A stretch of 61,049 nucleotides of DNA. Origin: a bacterium (GTDB lineage: Bacteria > Patescibacteriota > Patescibacteriia > UBA1558 > GWA2-36-10). Shown in pieces: positions 30,475 through 39,875 of this stretch. Made by a program: the position numbers and the translations under genes. The notes below the pieces were generated by a model. That model searched no databases, was not told the DNA's origin, and saw only the letters and a list, made by a program, of their open reading frames with translations. The DNA lies in NCBI GenBank assembly GCA_018653315.1, contig JABIAL010000009.1, positions 1 to 61,049 on the forward strand. The letters are read 5' to 3'. Each line of letters begins with the position of its first letter. Position 1 is the first letter of the stretch.

Positions 30475-30516
30475 TCCGCCATAGCCTTAGCGAAGGCGGA
30501 AGCTACAGGACGTTAT
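30475..30516 (-). repeat. partial copy of the tRNA-Ile 5' end (ATAACGTCCTGTAGCT) fused to a GC-rich hairpin
   Basis: 16 nt at 30501-30516 are identical to 30416-30431. Hairpin TCCGCC / 14-nt loop / GGCGGA at 30475-30500. Confidence 0.8.
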
Positions 30517-30561
30517 AAGAAAACATAGATATTATAGACGAAGCTTAGTGTTTTGTGAAGT

Positions 30562-31668
30562 CTAATGACTAACTAATTGTAATTGCTTTTTTATTTTATC
30601 CAAGACAAGCTCTTGGCTATCTGATAAATTTTTATCTACTGTGAAACGCGTAAACTGTTTTGAGCCTTGCCCTGACAATTCTTTAGAAATTATTAAAGCA
30701 TTAACATTATTAATTGTATAAAGCCAAACTTCTGTAGTCTGAAAATCTAGCTGATAAAAAATAATAATCACTTTAGTGTTTGGTGTAGCTAAAATTAAAT
30801 CGCGCACTAGCTCTTGAAAATCTTCTGGTAAACTATCTTGTTCATCATGCTCCAAAAAAGAACAAATAATAGAATCCGATTTTGATAAACGAGATAATAC
30901 TTTGCCCCAATTTTTGAGAGTATCAATATCTTTTGTACGATATAGAGATTCTATAACTTTTTGACGATCAGCACCTCTAACAATAAGCTGACTAGCCAAT
31001 TCCAAAGTCTGCGGAGTAACTTGCGGTGATTGAAAACTATTAGTAGCCGCAATCATGCCAGCCAACAAAGCTGTTGCCATATTCTTATCTAAATATTTAT
31101 GCAAAGCCTCATGAGAAATCTCTGCTATAGACGTGGATGTTGATTCTACAATATTTAACTGACCAAAATTCTCATTAGCCACCGAACGATCAATATTAAC
31201 TATGATTGTGTTATCAAAAAAATTACGATGATCAAAAAAAGATTGACCCAACATTTCTAAATTGGACACTCCTAAACAAATAATAAGATCATAACGATAA
31301 CCATCATTGATAGTTTTTACATCTGCAGATTTAAATGATCCTTGTTTTGGTATTAAATCTATTTCCAAAAATTCATCTTTAACATCATAACTTAATTGTT
31401 TAACTTTAGTCTGCGAAGTATCAACAACAATCTTAAATTTACCCATCGACTCAATCTGTGATTCAATTTTAATCTTTTTTGTCAAAAAATTAAGCTGAGG
31501 AACACGTCCTGCCATCACTATGTCAACTTTTTTCTTTTTACCCAATAAAAAAATAGCCCAAGCTGCTGCTGTGCTAACAACGTCAACGCTAGGATTTTCT
31601 GGCCCAATAACTAAAATGTGTTGAGCCGAATTTAAAACTTTAGTTAATTGATCTACTGGTAAATTCAT
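30562..31668 (-). CDS. DHH/DHHA1-fold protein with degenerate catalytic motifs (NrnA-like pseudoenzyme candidate)
   Basis: 368 aa, collinear with the canonical paralogue at 34528..35496, but motif I is ENPSVDVVS, DHH is replaced by DRS (VNIDRSVAN) and GGGH by GQGS. Confidence 0.65.
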   Translation of the reverse strand: MNLPVDQLTKVLNSAQHILVIGPENPSVDVVSTAAAWAIFLLGKKKKVDIVMAGRVPQLNFLTKKIKIESQIESMGKFKIVVDTSQTKVKQLSYDVKDEFLEIDLIPKQGSFKSADVKTINDGYRYDLIICLGVSNLEMLGQSFFDHRNFFDNTIIVNIDRSVANENFGQLNIVESTSTSIAEISHEALHKYLDKNMATALLAGMIAATNSFQSPQVTPQTLELASQLIVRGADRQKVIESLYRTKDIDTLKNWGKVLSRLSKSDSIICSFLEHDEQDSLPEDFQELVRDLILATPNTKVIIIFYQLDFQTTEVWLYTINNVNALIISKELSGQGSKQFTRFTVDKNLSDSQELVLDKIKKQLQLVSH

Positions 31669-31854
31669 GCTTAATTATTAAAATAAAATAATAGATAAAT
31701 ATATACTAAATTAGCTACAATGTCAATGAAACCTTAGCTTTAAAGCCTGATGCAACTATTGACTTTTTTGATTATTTTTAGTACAGTAATGGCAAATAAC
31801 GAATTCTAAACCCAATACACTTTTGTGTATTTTATTATTTTAATCAACAAAAAC

Positions 31855-33819
31855 ATGAATGTTACAGCTTTAGCTCGCCAACTTAAGGTCACTACCCAAG
31901 AATTTCTGGAAAAATTGCCAGAACTAGGTTTTGATATTGGTGCTAGAGCTATCAAAGTGGACGATAAGCTTGCCCCAAAAATTATTGCTGCCTGGAAACG
32001 CGCTGCCAAAAAAGCCGCTATGCAAGAAGAAATGGGCAAGATCACTCAAATTGGCACCAAAGATGATAAGAATCTAGATAAAGCTACCCAAAAAGAAATC
32101 ACTATCCCTGAAACTATCATCGTTAAGGATATGGCCGAGCTAATGAGATTACCCGTGGCTAGACTTATGGGTGAATTGATGAAAAACGGCATCATGGTTT
32201 CTCTTAATGAAAAAGTTGATTTTGATACTGCTACTATTATTGCCGAGGATTTAGGATTTAAAGTCAACAAAAGCGATGAAGAAATAATTGAAGAAGAAAA
32301 TAAACGAGAAAAATTAAATAAATTATTATCAAACAGAAACACTAAGGATGCTAAGCCACCCGTCGTAGTAGTAATGGGGCATGTTGATCATGGTAAAACA
32401 AAATTACTAGATGCTATTCGTGAAACTAATGTTATTGACCAAGAAGCTGGCGGCATCACTCAACATATCGGTGCTTACCAAGTAACAAAACGTAATCGTT
32501 TAATTACTTTTTTAGATACTCCTGGTCATGAAGCCTTTAAAGCCATGCGTTCTCGTGGTGGACAAATCGCTGATGTAGCTATTTTGGTAGTAGCAGCTGA
32601 TGATGGCTTGCAACCACAAACTTTGGAAAGTATCGCCGTTATCCAAAAAGAAAAATTACCTTTTATTGTCGCTATAAATAAAATAGACAAAGAAGCAGCC
32701 GATATAGATAAGGTAAAACAACAATTATCTGAGGTGAATTTAGTTCCTGAAGATTGGGGTGGTGATGTAGTTTGTCATCCAATTTCAGCCAAAAAAAATA
32801 CTGGCGTTGAAGATCTTTTAGATTTAGTTTTATTAATTGCTGACATGGGTGATCTCAAGGCTGATGCCAGTGGCTCAGCCGTAGGCACTATCATTGAATC
32901 ACATATCAATAAAAGCGAAGGTCCAGTGGCTACTGTTTTGGTACAGGCTGGTACTTTAAATATCGGTGATATGTTTATCGTCGGTAATGTTTCTGGTAAA
33001 ATAAAAACCCTAAAGGATTGGACAAACAAAGACGCTGAACAAGCACTTCCTGCTACACCAGTCAAAATCTTAGGTCTGAAAAAAGCCCCAGTGATTGGTG
33101 AAATATTAGAAGTTATTACAGATAAAAAAGAATTTAAGGCTAAATCAAAAAATTTAAATAATTACCAATCTCAACATCAAATAACTGCCCAGAAAAAAAA
33201 TGACGACGATGAGCCTAGTAACACTCTTAATTTGATTATTAAGTCCGACGTTCTAGGATCAGCCGAGGCTATAGAAGAAGCACTAACTAAATTAACTGTA
33301 GCTGATGCCAAAGTTAAAGTGATTAAAAAAGGCCTAGGTCAAATCACTGAGACAGATATTTTAAGCGCTACCGCAACTAATGCTATAGCGATTGGTTTTC
33401 ATATCAAAAAAGATAAAAATATCCAAATTTTAGCTGAAGAAAAAGGAGTCATTGTCCTCTACTTTGATATTATATATAAATTACTAGAAGATATTGAAGA
33501 ACGTTTAGAAAACATCAGGTCCAAAAAAACTATTCATAAACTCTTAGGTAAACTAGAAGTTTTAGCTATCTTTAAAACCAATAAGGCTAGCATGATTCTT
33601 GGTGGTAAAGTAACAGAAGGCAAGGTTGTAAAACCATCAAAAATAAAAGTGTTTCGTAACGGTGAAATTGAAACAGTTGGTGAAATCGGCAACCTACAAG
33701 CTGCCAAAGAGGATGTCAATGAAGTAGTAGAAGGAACAGAGGCTGGATTAGAATTCAAAGGCGATCCCATTATCCAAATCGGTGATACATTAGAATTTTT
33801 TGAAGAAACTTATGAGTAG
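31855..33819 (+). CDS. infB: translation initiation factor IF-2
   Basis: GTPase motifs GHVDHGKT, DTPGH, NKID. Start re-set to the ATG at 31855 (MNVTALARQLKV...). Confidence 0.95.
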   Translation: MNVTALARQLKVTTQEFLEKLPELGFDIGARAIKVDDKLAPKIIAAWKRAAKKAAMQEEMGKITQIGTKDDKNLDKATQKEITIPETIIVKDMAELMRLPVARLMGELMKNGIMVSLNEKVDFDTATIIAEDLGFKVNKSDEEIIEEENKREKLNKLLSNRNTKDAKPPVVVVMGHVDHGKTKLLDAIRETNVIDQEAGGITQHIGAYQVTKRNRLITFLDTPGHEAFKAMRSRGGQIADVAILVVAADDGLQPQTLESIAVIQKEKLPFIVAINKIDKEAADIDKVKQQLSEVNLVPEDWGGDVVCHPISAKKNTGVEDLLDLVLLIADMGDLKADASGSAVGTIIESHINKSEGPVATVLVQAGTLNIGDMFIVGNVSGKIKTLKDWTNKDAEQALPATPVKILGLKKAPVIGEILEVITDKKEFKAKSKNLNNYQSQHQITAQKKNDDDEPSNTLNLIIKSDVLGSAEAIEEALTKLTVADAKVKVIKKGLGQITETDILSATATNAIAIGFHIKKDKNIQILAEEKGVIVLYFDIIYKLLEDIEERLENIRSKKTIHKLLGKLEVLAIFKTNKASMILGGKVTEGKVVKPSKIKVFRNGEIETVGEIGNLQAAKEDVNEVVEGTEAGLEFKGDPIIQIGDTLEFFEETYE

Positions 33820-34141
33820 AAGAACTGAGCAAGTCGCAGAATTACTGCGCCAAGAAATAAATAATGTTATCATCAAAGATTTTGAAAGCCGCGGATACTT
33901 GGTCAGCGTAGCTCAAACCACTGTTTCTCCTGATCTTAAAAACGCTACCGCCTATCTTAGTATTATTCCTGCCAATAAAATAGGCACCGGGCTAGCTGCC
34001 ATTAAAAAATTTGGTGGTCATATCCAGAAAGAAATAAATAAGCACCTTACTATGAGATCTATCCCCCGAATTCGTTGGGAAATAGATAATAGAGATTTAA
34101 AGTACAAAGAAATAGATGATGCATTGAATGACTCAAAATAA
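33812..34141 (+). CDS. rbfA: ribosome-binding factor A
   Basis: About 110 aa. RTEQVAELLRQEINNVI start is typical of RbfA. The ATG overlaps the infB stop (ATGAGTAG). Confidence 0.85.
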   Translation: MSRRTEQVAELLRQEINNVIIKDFESRGYLVSVAQTTVSPDLKNATAYLSIIPANKIGTGLAAIKKFGGHIQKEINKHLTMRSIPRIRWEIDNRDLKYKEIDDALNDSK

Positions 34142-34152
34142 AGGAGGCAATC

Positions 34153-34437
34153 ATGGCTAACACAAACGCAGCCAAAATCATTCCCCTGAAAAAAGACAAA
34201 GTGAAAAAAGCCTTTGCCTGTAAATGCGGCACAACAAATTCAACACAGAATTACTTTTGTCGAATATGTCGTCGAGAAGTCCACCCGACTGCCGAAAAGA
34301 AGACCCCAGAACGCTGTCTTCATACATTAGTGACGACCCAAGGTCGCCTTCATAAGCACAACTATTGTCCTACTTGCGGACAATCAATAGACACAGAAAT
34401 GTCTTTATCGCAGGATGATTGTGGCGACATGATCTAA
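34153..34437 (+). CDS. 94-aa Cys-rich (double zinc-ribbon-like) protein
   Basis: AAGGAGG 5 nt before the ATG. Cys pairs CKCG...CRIC and C...CPTCG. Own GC-stem terminator. Confidence 0.65.
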   Translation: MANTNAAKIIPLKKDKVKKAFACKCGTTNSTQNYFCRICRREVHPTAEKKTPERCLHTLVTTQGRLHKHNYCPTCGQSIDTEMSLSQDDCGDMI

Positions 34438-34440
34438 TAA

Positions 34441-34475
34441 CTCGTCCCGAGTATAGTCAAGGGGCGAGTTTTTTA
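34441..34475 (+). terminator. intrinsic terminator
   Basis: CTCGTCCC / 12-nt loop / GGGGCGAG followed by TTTTTT. Confidence 0.75.
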
Positions 34476-34527
34476 TTTAATTCAATACTATTGACTAAAA
34501 TACATTTTAAAGCTAATATACTCTGTT

Positions 34528-35496
34528 ATGAATGATTATCAAGATATTAGCCATAAAATCAAAAATGAACTTGAGCTTGCTCAAGATATTTTGATTATTT
34601 CCCATCAAAAACCCGACGGTGATACCTTAGGGTCTAATTTGGCTTTGACTACTTATCTAATCAATCAAAAAAAGACTGTTACTAGTTTTTGTATTGACCC
34701 ATTACCAGAAACGTTTCATTTTTTACCAAATAGCCACCTATTAACTAATGACCACTTGGTATTCACCAAGCAATATGATCTTGTCATTGTAGTTGACTCT
34801 GGTAGCTTAAATTATGCTGGCGTAGATGGATTATTAAATGCTTTACCAAAAGGTTACACTTTAATCAATATTGATCATCATGCCTCTAATAATAACTATG
34901 GTGATATCAGTCTGGTGATTTCCACTGCCTCTTCCTGCACCGAAATAATTTATCGTTTATTTAATGATTGGAAAATTAACTGGACATCAGAAATAGCAAC
35001 TGCTCTTATTTGTGGCATTATCACCGATACTGGTGGTTTTACAAATCCAGCCACTAACTACCGCACACTTGAAGCTGGCGCTAGTTTAATAAATCAAGGC
35101 GCTAATACTTATCAGATTGCTAAAATTACTCTTTTTAATCAAAAAATAAATGAGCTTAAACTATGGGGACGAGCTTTGAGCAGATTAAACAAAAATAAAA
35201 AATACGATCTAGTTTACACTTATTTATTAGAACAAGATTTTATAGATTGCGAAACCGATGATTCGGCGAGCGAAGGAATAGCTAACTTTCTACATATATT
35301 AAAAGAGGCTACTGTTATCATGGTTATCAAAGAAACTAGCAATGGCCTGATCAAAGGATCATTGAGAACTACTGCTGATAATATTGATCTGACTAAAATC
35401 GCCGGCCTGATGGGTGGCGGCGGTCACAAAAAAGCATCCGGCTTTGCCTTGCCAGGTAGATTATCTTATGCTAAAAATAAATTAAGAATAATATAA
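34528..35496 (+). CDS. nrnA: DHH-family oligoribonuclease / pAp phosphatase (NrnA-like)
   Basis: Intact motifs SHQKPDGDTLGS, VVDSGS, IDHHASN, ITDTGGF, GGGGHKKASG. Confidence 0.8.
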   Translation: MNDYQDISHKIKNELELAQDILIISHQKPDGDTLGSNLALTTYLINQKKTVTSFCIDPLPETFHFLPNSHLLTNDHLVFTKQYDLVIVVDSGSLNYAGVDGLLNALPKGYTLINIDHHASNNNYGDISLVISTASSCTEIIYRLFNDWKINWTSEIATALICGIITDTGGFTNPATNYRTLEAGASLINQGANTYQIAKITLFNQKINELKLWGRALSRLNKNKKYDLVYTYLLEQDFIDCETDDSASEGIANFLHILKEATVIMVIKETSNGLIKGSLRTTADNIDLTKIAGLMGGGGHKKASGFALPGRLSYAKNKLRII

Positions 35497-35505
35497 ATAA
35501 ATATT

Positions 35506-36078
35506 ATGTTAATACCAACAATAATAGAAAAAAGCCAAGGTGGCGAAAGAGCTTATGATATCTACTCTCGTTTACTTAAAGATCGGATTATTTTTTTAGG
35601 TGATGAGGTAAATGAACATACGGCAAATTTAGTAATTGCTCAATTACTTTTTTTGGATTCTCAAGACGATAAAAAACCAATTAAGATGTACATCAATTCT
35701 CCTGGTGGCTCAGTTACAGATGGTTTGGCTATCTATGATACGATGCAATACGTCAAAGCTCCAGTGTCCACTATCTGCGTTGGCTTAGCCGCTTCCATGG
35801 GCGCACTATTATTAACCGCTGGTGAACCAGGACAACGTTTTGCCTTGCCAAACTCTGAAGTATTAATTCACCAAATAATGGGCGGCGCTTCTGGACAAGC
35901 ATCTGACATCAAAATCAAAGCTGAACAAATTTTGAAACTAAAATCTCGACTAAACAAAATATTACAAAAACATACTGGACAATCTTTAGCCAAGGTAGAA
36001 AAAGATGCTGATCGTGACTATTACATGACTGCTGAAGAAGCTGTGCAGTATGGTTTGGTAGATAAAATTATAAAATAA
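35506..36078 (+). CDS. clpP: ATP-dependent Clp protease proteolytic subunit
   Basis: 190 aa. [19 protein letters not shown], catalytic Ser context [11 protein letters not shown], His context VLIHQ. Confidence 0.95.
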   Translation: MLIPTIIEKSQGGERAYDIYSRLLKDRIIFLGDEVNEHTANLVIAQLLFLDSQDDKKPIKMYINSPGGSVTDGLAIYDTMQYVKAPVSTICVGLAASMGALLLTAGEPGQRFALPNSEVLIHQIMGGASGQASDIKIKAEQILKLKSRLNKILQKHTGQSLAKVEKDADRDYYMTAEEAVQYGLVDKIIK

Positions 36079-36145
36079 AATATTTGATTGAATCATAAAA
36101 CAATTTCCTCTTTTCAAATTTTTAAAAATATGCTAATATCTCTGA

Positions 36146-36266
36146 CAAGACGGTAGGAACTTTTTAGTTCTACCCAATGCCGTCGCCCAGGTCACCAGCG
36201 TATGACCTCAGACATGGCCGAAAGACCTTGATTGGCGTCATGCAATATGCTGGTGACTTTTTATTT
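36146..36266 (+). ncRNA. candidate ~120-nt structured small RNA (class unknown)
   Basis: Extended -10 TGCTAATAT at 36131-39. Hairpin 1 at 36149-36184 (GACGG...CCGTC). Long hairpin 2 with GTCACCAGC (36191-99) pairing to GCTGGTGAC (36249-57), a GAAA apical loop, then TTTTTATTTT. No ORF. Confidence 0.45.
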
Positions 36267-36600
36267 TGATTTATTTAACCATCAAAAATCGCCAGTTCAG
36301 CCAATTGACTAAATAACTGATTTGTGTTAAATTAATCTTGCAGCAAAAGCTGTTATATACTATTTTAAAAACATTTAATTTACTGTTTACGGGTTAACTT
36401 GAAAACCACTGATTGTAAGAAAAATAGCTTTATATTAACATTTTAAAATCATAAACTTAAAAAACTTAATGCATTTTATTACCGTTTTATACTTATTTAA
36501 GAAAAACGAATAAGCTTGTATCAGCCAAATTTTTGGTTGATAATTTTCTTCTCTACATAAAAATACTTGCCCAGACAGTAAACTGGAAAGAATCATAATA

Positions 36601-38115
36601 ATGAATTATTTTATCCTCGCCGGATCCTTATTGCTTGGCTTGATTTTTGGTTTTTTGATAAAAAAAATCTTAACTAGCAAATCAATTGAATCTGCTGGAA
36701 AAAAAGCTGACCACATTTTGGAAGAAGCTAAAACCAAAGCAAAAAATCTACAATTAGAAGGTAAAGACAAGGCTTTATCAATAATTGAAGAAGCTAAAAA
36801 CGAAGAAAAAGAAAGACGTCAACAATCAAACGTTGTAGAAAATAGATTAAGCCAACGTGAAAATAAATTTGATCAAAAAATACTAGAGCTGGAAGACAAA
36901 AGGCAAAAGGTTGATAACCTGCGTCAAAAATTAGAAGATCAACAAGGAGAAATCAAAAAAATAAAAGACTCTCAATTGGCTAAAATAGAAAAAATAGCTC
37001 AACTTACTCAAGATGAAGCTAAGGATGTTCTGATAAAAAATATGGAGGTTCGCATGAAAGATGAGCTATTGCAACGCATGCGTAAATTAGAAAATGAATC
37101 ACATGAAGAATTAGAAACCAAAGCTAAAAATATTTTAAGCACTGTTATCGAACGTTGTGCTGCGCCTCATACATCTGAAACTACTACTACAAATCTTGCT
37201 TTACCAAATGATGAAATGAAAGGCAGAATTATTGGTCGTGAGGGTAGAAACATCAAAACAATCGAACAACTTACTGGTGTAGAAATAATTATTGATGATA
37301 CTCCAGAATCCGTAATGATCTCTGGCTTCAATCCTATTCGTCGTCATCTAGCCAAACGAGCTTTAGAAAAATTAATGGCCGATGGTCGTATTCATCCTAG
37401 TCGTATTGAAGAAGTAGTTCAACAATGTAAAAAAGAGTTGGCCATTGATATCAAAAAAGCTGGTGAAGAAGCCGCTTACAAGGCTAATATCGTTGGATTA
37501 GATACTAAATTGGTCCAAATTTTAGGTCGATTAAAATATCGTACTAGCTACGGTCAAAATCAACTACAGCATGCTTTAGAAGTATCACACTTATCAGGCC
37601 TCCTAGCCGCAGAGCTTGGAGCTGACGTAAATGTTTGTAAAAAAGGCGGATTATTACATGATATTGGCAAAGCTTTGGATCATGAAATTCAAGGTTCACA
37701 TCCAGATATCGGTTATGATTTGATGAAGAAGTTTAACATTCCTGAAGACGTAGCTTATATGTCTATTGCTAATCATGAAAATGAACCAAAAAATATAGAA
37801 GGTATTGTAGTCAAAATTGCTGATGCTATCTCTGGCTCTAGACCAGGTGCCCGTCGTGATAGTTTCGAAGAATACGTTCAACGTCTAACCGAATTAGAAA
37901 ATACTGCTAAAAGCTTTGCTGGTGTAGAAAAAGCTTTTGCTATTCAAGCCGGACGCGAGGTCAGAGTAATGGTCGCTTCTGATGAGGTTGATGACTATAA
38001 AGCCAAAACATTAGCTCGTGATATTGCTGATAAAATTGAAGCCGAACTTAAATATCCAGGTGAAATCAAAGTCAATGTTATTCGAGAAAAAAGAATTGTT
38101 GAATATGCCAAATAA
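36601..38115 (+). CDS. rny: ribonuclease Y
   Basis: 504 aa. N-terminal TM, coiled coil, KH (GREGRNIK), HD domain (LLHDIGK). Confidence 0.95.
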   Translation: MNYFILAGSLLLGLIFGFLIKKILTSKSIESAGKKADHILEEAKTKAKNLQLEGKDKALSIIEEAKNEEKERRQQSNVVENRLSQRENKFDQKILELEDKRQKVDNLRQKLEDQQGEIKKIKDSQLAKIEKIAQLTQDEAKDVLIKNMEVRMKDELLQRMRKLENESHEELETKAKNILSTVIERCAAPHTSETTTTNLALPNDEMKGRIIGREGRNIKTIEQLTGVEIIIDDTPESVMISGFNPIRRHLAKRALEKLMADGRIHPSRIEEVVQQCKKELAIDIKKAGEEAAYKANIVGLDTKLVQILGRLKYRTSYGQNQLQHALEVSHLSGLLAAELGADVNVCKKGGLLHDIGKALDHEIQGSHPDIGYDLMKKFNIPEDVAYMSIANHENEPKNIEGIVVKIADAISGSRPGARRDSFEEYVQRLTELENTAKSFAGVEKAFAIQAGREVRVMVASDEVDDYKAKTLARDIADKIEAELKYPGEIKVNVIREKRIVEYAK

Positions 38116-38905
38116 AACAATAAAAATAATTTTCTTTGGTGATGTCGTAGGTTCTTTAGGTAGAACTGCTATCAAAGAAATGGCTCCTATCTGGCAAAAA
38201 AAATATGCCCCTGATTTAATGATCGCTAATATTGAAAATTTAGCTCATGGCAAAGGTCTTACCTTGAGAACATTACGAGACATTTCCGAAATTGGGATCA
38301 AACTTTTTACTGGTGGCAATCATATTTGGGCCAAAGAGGATATCAAAGAAATAGATAGTGAAGAAAAATTCCCTATCGCCTTCCCAGCCAATGACTCTCG
38401 TACTCCTAAAGATTATTTATCACAAAGTGTGACTATTAACGGACAAAAAATTACTGTACTAAATTTAGTCGGTCGTACTTTTATACAAGACGATACCTTG
38501 AGCAATCCGTTTCCAGAAGCCATGAAGATGATAAAACAATTCGAAGATGATATTATCATTTTAGATTTTCATGCTGAAGCAACTTCTGAAAAACGAGCTT
38601 TAGGACTCTATTTAGATGGTAAAATATCCGCCATGTTAGGCACTCATACTCATGTGCCAACAAATGATGCCCAAATACTAGCTCTAGGCACTGGTTACAT
38701 CACTGACATTGGCATGGTTGGTTCTTATCCTTCGGTTATTGGAGTGGATAGCAGTGTAATTATTGAAAAATTTATTAACGAAGAACAAATAACCCATAGA
38801 TATCCTGACTCTGGCCAAATCGAATTAAATGCAGTATTATTAGAAATAGATAAGGATAGTAAAAAGACTATTGCTATTCAAAATCTAAGAGAAATCTTAC
38901 ACTAA
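38105..38905 (+). CDS. ymdB: YmdB-type metallophosphoesterase (2',3'-cyclic-nucleotide phosphodiesterase family)
   Basis: Start re-set to the ATG at 38105 (MPNKTIKIIFFGDVVG). GNH and DFHAE motifs. Conserved rny-ymdB adjacency. Confidence 0.85.
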   Translation: MPNKTIKIIFFGDVVGSLGRTAIKEMAPIWQKKYAPDLMIANIENLAHGKGLTLRTLRDISEIGIKLFTGGNHIWAKEDIKEIDSEEKFPIAFPANDSRTPKDYLSQSVTINGQKITVLNLVGRTFIQDDTLSNPFPEAMKMIKQFEDDIIILDFHAEATSEKRALGLYLDGKISAMLGTHTHVPTNDAQILALGTGYITDIGMVGSYPSVIGVDSSVIIEKFINEEQITHRYPDSGQIELNAVLLEIDKDSKKTIAIQNLREILH

Positions 38906-38924
38906 TTATTTAATAATTTATCTT

Positions 38925-39203
38925 ATGCACAAAGCAGAACTTATTGAGGCAATAGCTTCAAAAGCCGGCGTTGGCAAAAAAGATGCTGAAGCAGTTATAG
39001 ATGCTTTAGAAAATTTAGTTATTGAAAGACTAAAAATTGGCAAAGAAGTAACCTTAACTGGTTTTGGTACTTTTTCTGCACGCACTAGAAATGCACGCAT
39101 GGGAGTGAACCCACAGAACCCTAAAGAGAGAATTGAGATCCCAACAGTTATTGTGCCAAAATTCAAAGCTGGTAAAACTCTCAAAGACGCTCTAAAGAAA
39201 TAA
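38925..39203 (+). CDS. hup: HU-family DNA-binding protein
   Basis: 92 aa. MHKAELIEAIA..., GFGTFSARTRNARMGVNPQNPKERIEIP arm. Confidence 0.95.
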   Translation: MHKAELIEAIASKAGVGKKDAEAVIDALENLVIERLKIGKEVTLTGFGTFSARTRNARMGVNPQNPKERIEIPTVIVPKFKAGKTLKDALKK

Positions 39204-39209
39204 GCTTTC

Positions 39210-39875
39210 ATGGAACTAAAACTAAAAGATATAAAAAAAGATCCGCGCATTAACTCTTTCGTGGATCAAACAGATAGATATCTCCGTGCTTTGAATTATA
39301 CAGATCATGGTCGTCGTCATCTTGATATTGTTAGCGATAGATCAAAAATGTTAGCCAATAAACTCGGACTATCTACTAAAGATCAAGAAATGGCTTCTAT
39401 TTCTGGCTGGTGTCATGATATGGGAAATTTCTTAGGGCGTACTCAACATCATTATTGGGGTGGCATGCTTTTCTCTCAATGTTATATCAATGAAGCTAAC
39501 CCCGATCAAGTTTCTAGAATAGTGCAAGCCATAGTATCTCATGACAAAGATAATTTACAACTAGTAGACAAGATAACAGCCTGTGTGATCATAGCCGACA
39601 AATCAGATGTTCATCGTAACCGAGTCTTAAACAAAAACATAAAAGAAATTAAAACCGATATTCACGATAGAGTGAATTACGCCGTAACAGATAATCATCT
39701 CCGAATAGACAAACAAAAAAAGACAATTACCTTGTCTTTAACTCTAGATACTAAATTTACCAATATCATGGATTATTTTTCTATCTTTGTTGATCGAATG
39801 AACTATTGCCAAAAAGCAGCCCAATATCTAAAATATAAATTTCATCTTAAAATAAATAATACAAAGCTTGCTTAG
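39210..39875 (+). CDS. HD-domain phosphohydrolase
   Basis: 221 aa. H..HD pattern (HGRRHLD, WCHDMGN) with later H and D residues. Confidence 0.65.
   Translation: MELKLKDIKKDPRINSFVDQTDRYLRALNYTDHGRRHLDIVSDRSKMLANKLGLSTKDQEMASISGWCHDMGNFLGRTQHHYWGGMLFSQCYINEANPDQVSRIVQAIVSHDKDNLQLVDKITACVIIADKSDVHRNRVLNKNIKEIKTDIHDRVNYAVTDNHLRIDKQKKTITLSLTLDTKFTNIMDYFSIFVDRMNYCQKAAQYLKYKFHLKINNTKLA

Noticed and set aside
31813-31832. 7-bp hairpin AATACAC-TTTT-GTGTATT in the infB leader, and other small AT-rich hairpins (e.g. 36521-36545, 20921-20937)
   Set aside because: These are short stems in AT-rich DNA with no flanking signal. They are expected by chance or are ordinary leader structure.
36146-36266. Identification of this candidate RNA, or the one at 44125-44320, as SRP (4.5S) RNA
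   Set aside because: Both have a long hairpin, but neither shows the conserved domain IV pattern as I remember it (GGAA-type tetraloop flanked by AGCA / GGUCC-type loops). They remain unclassified.
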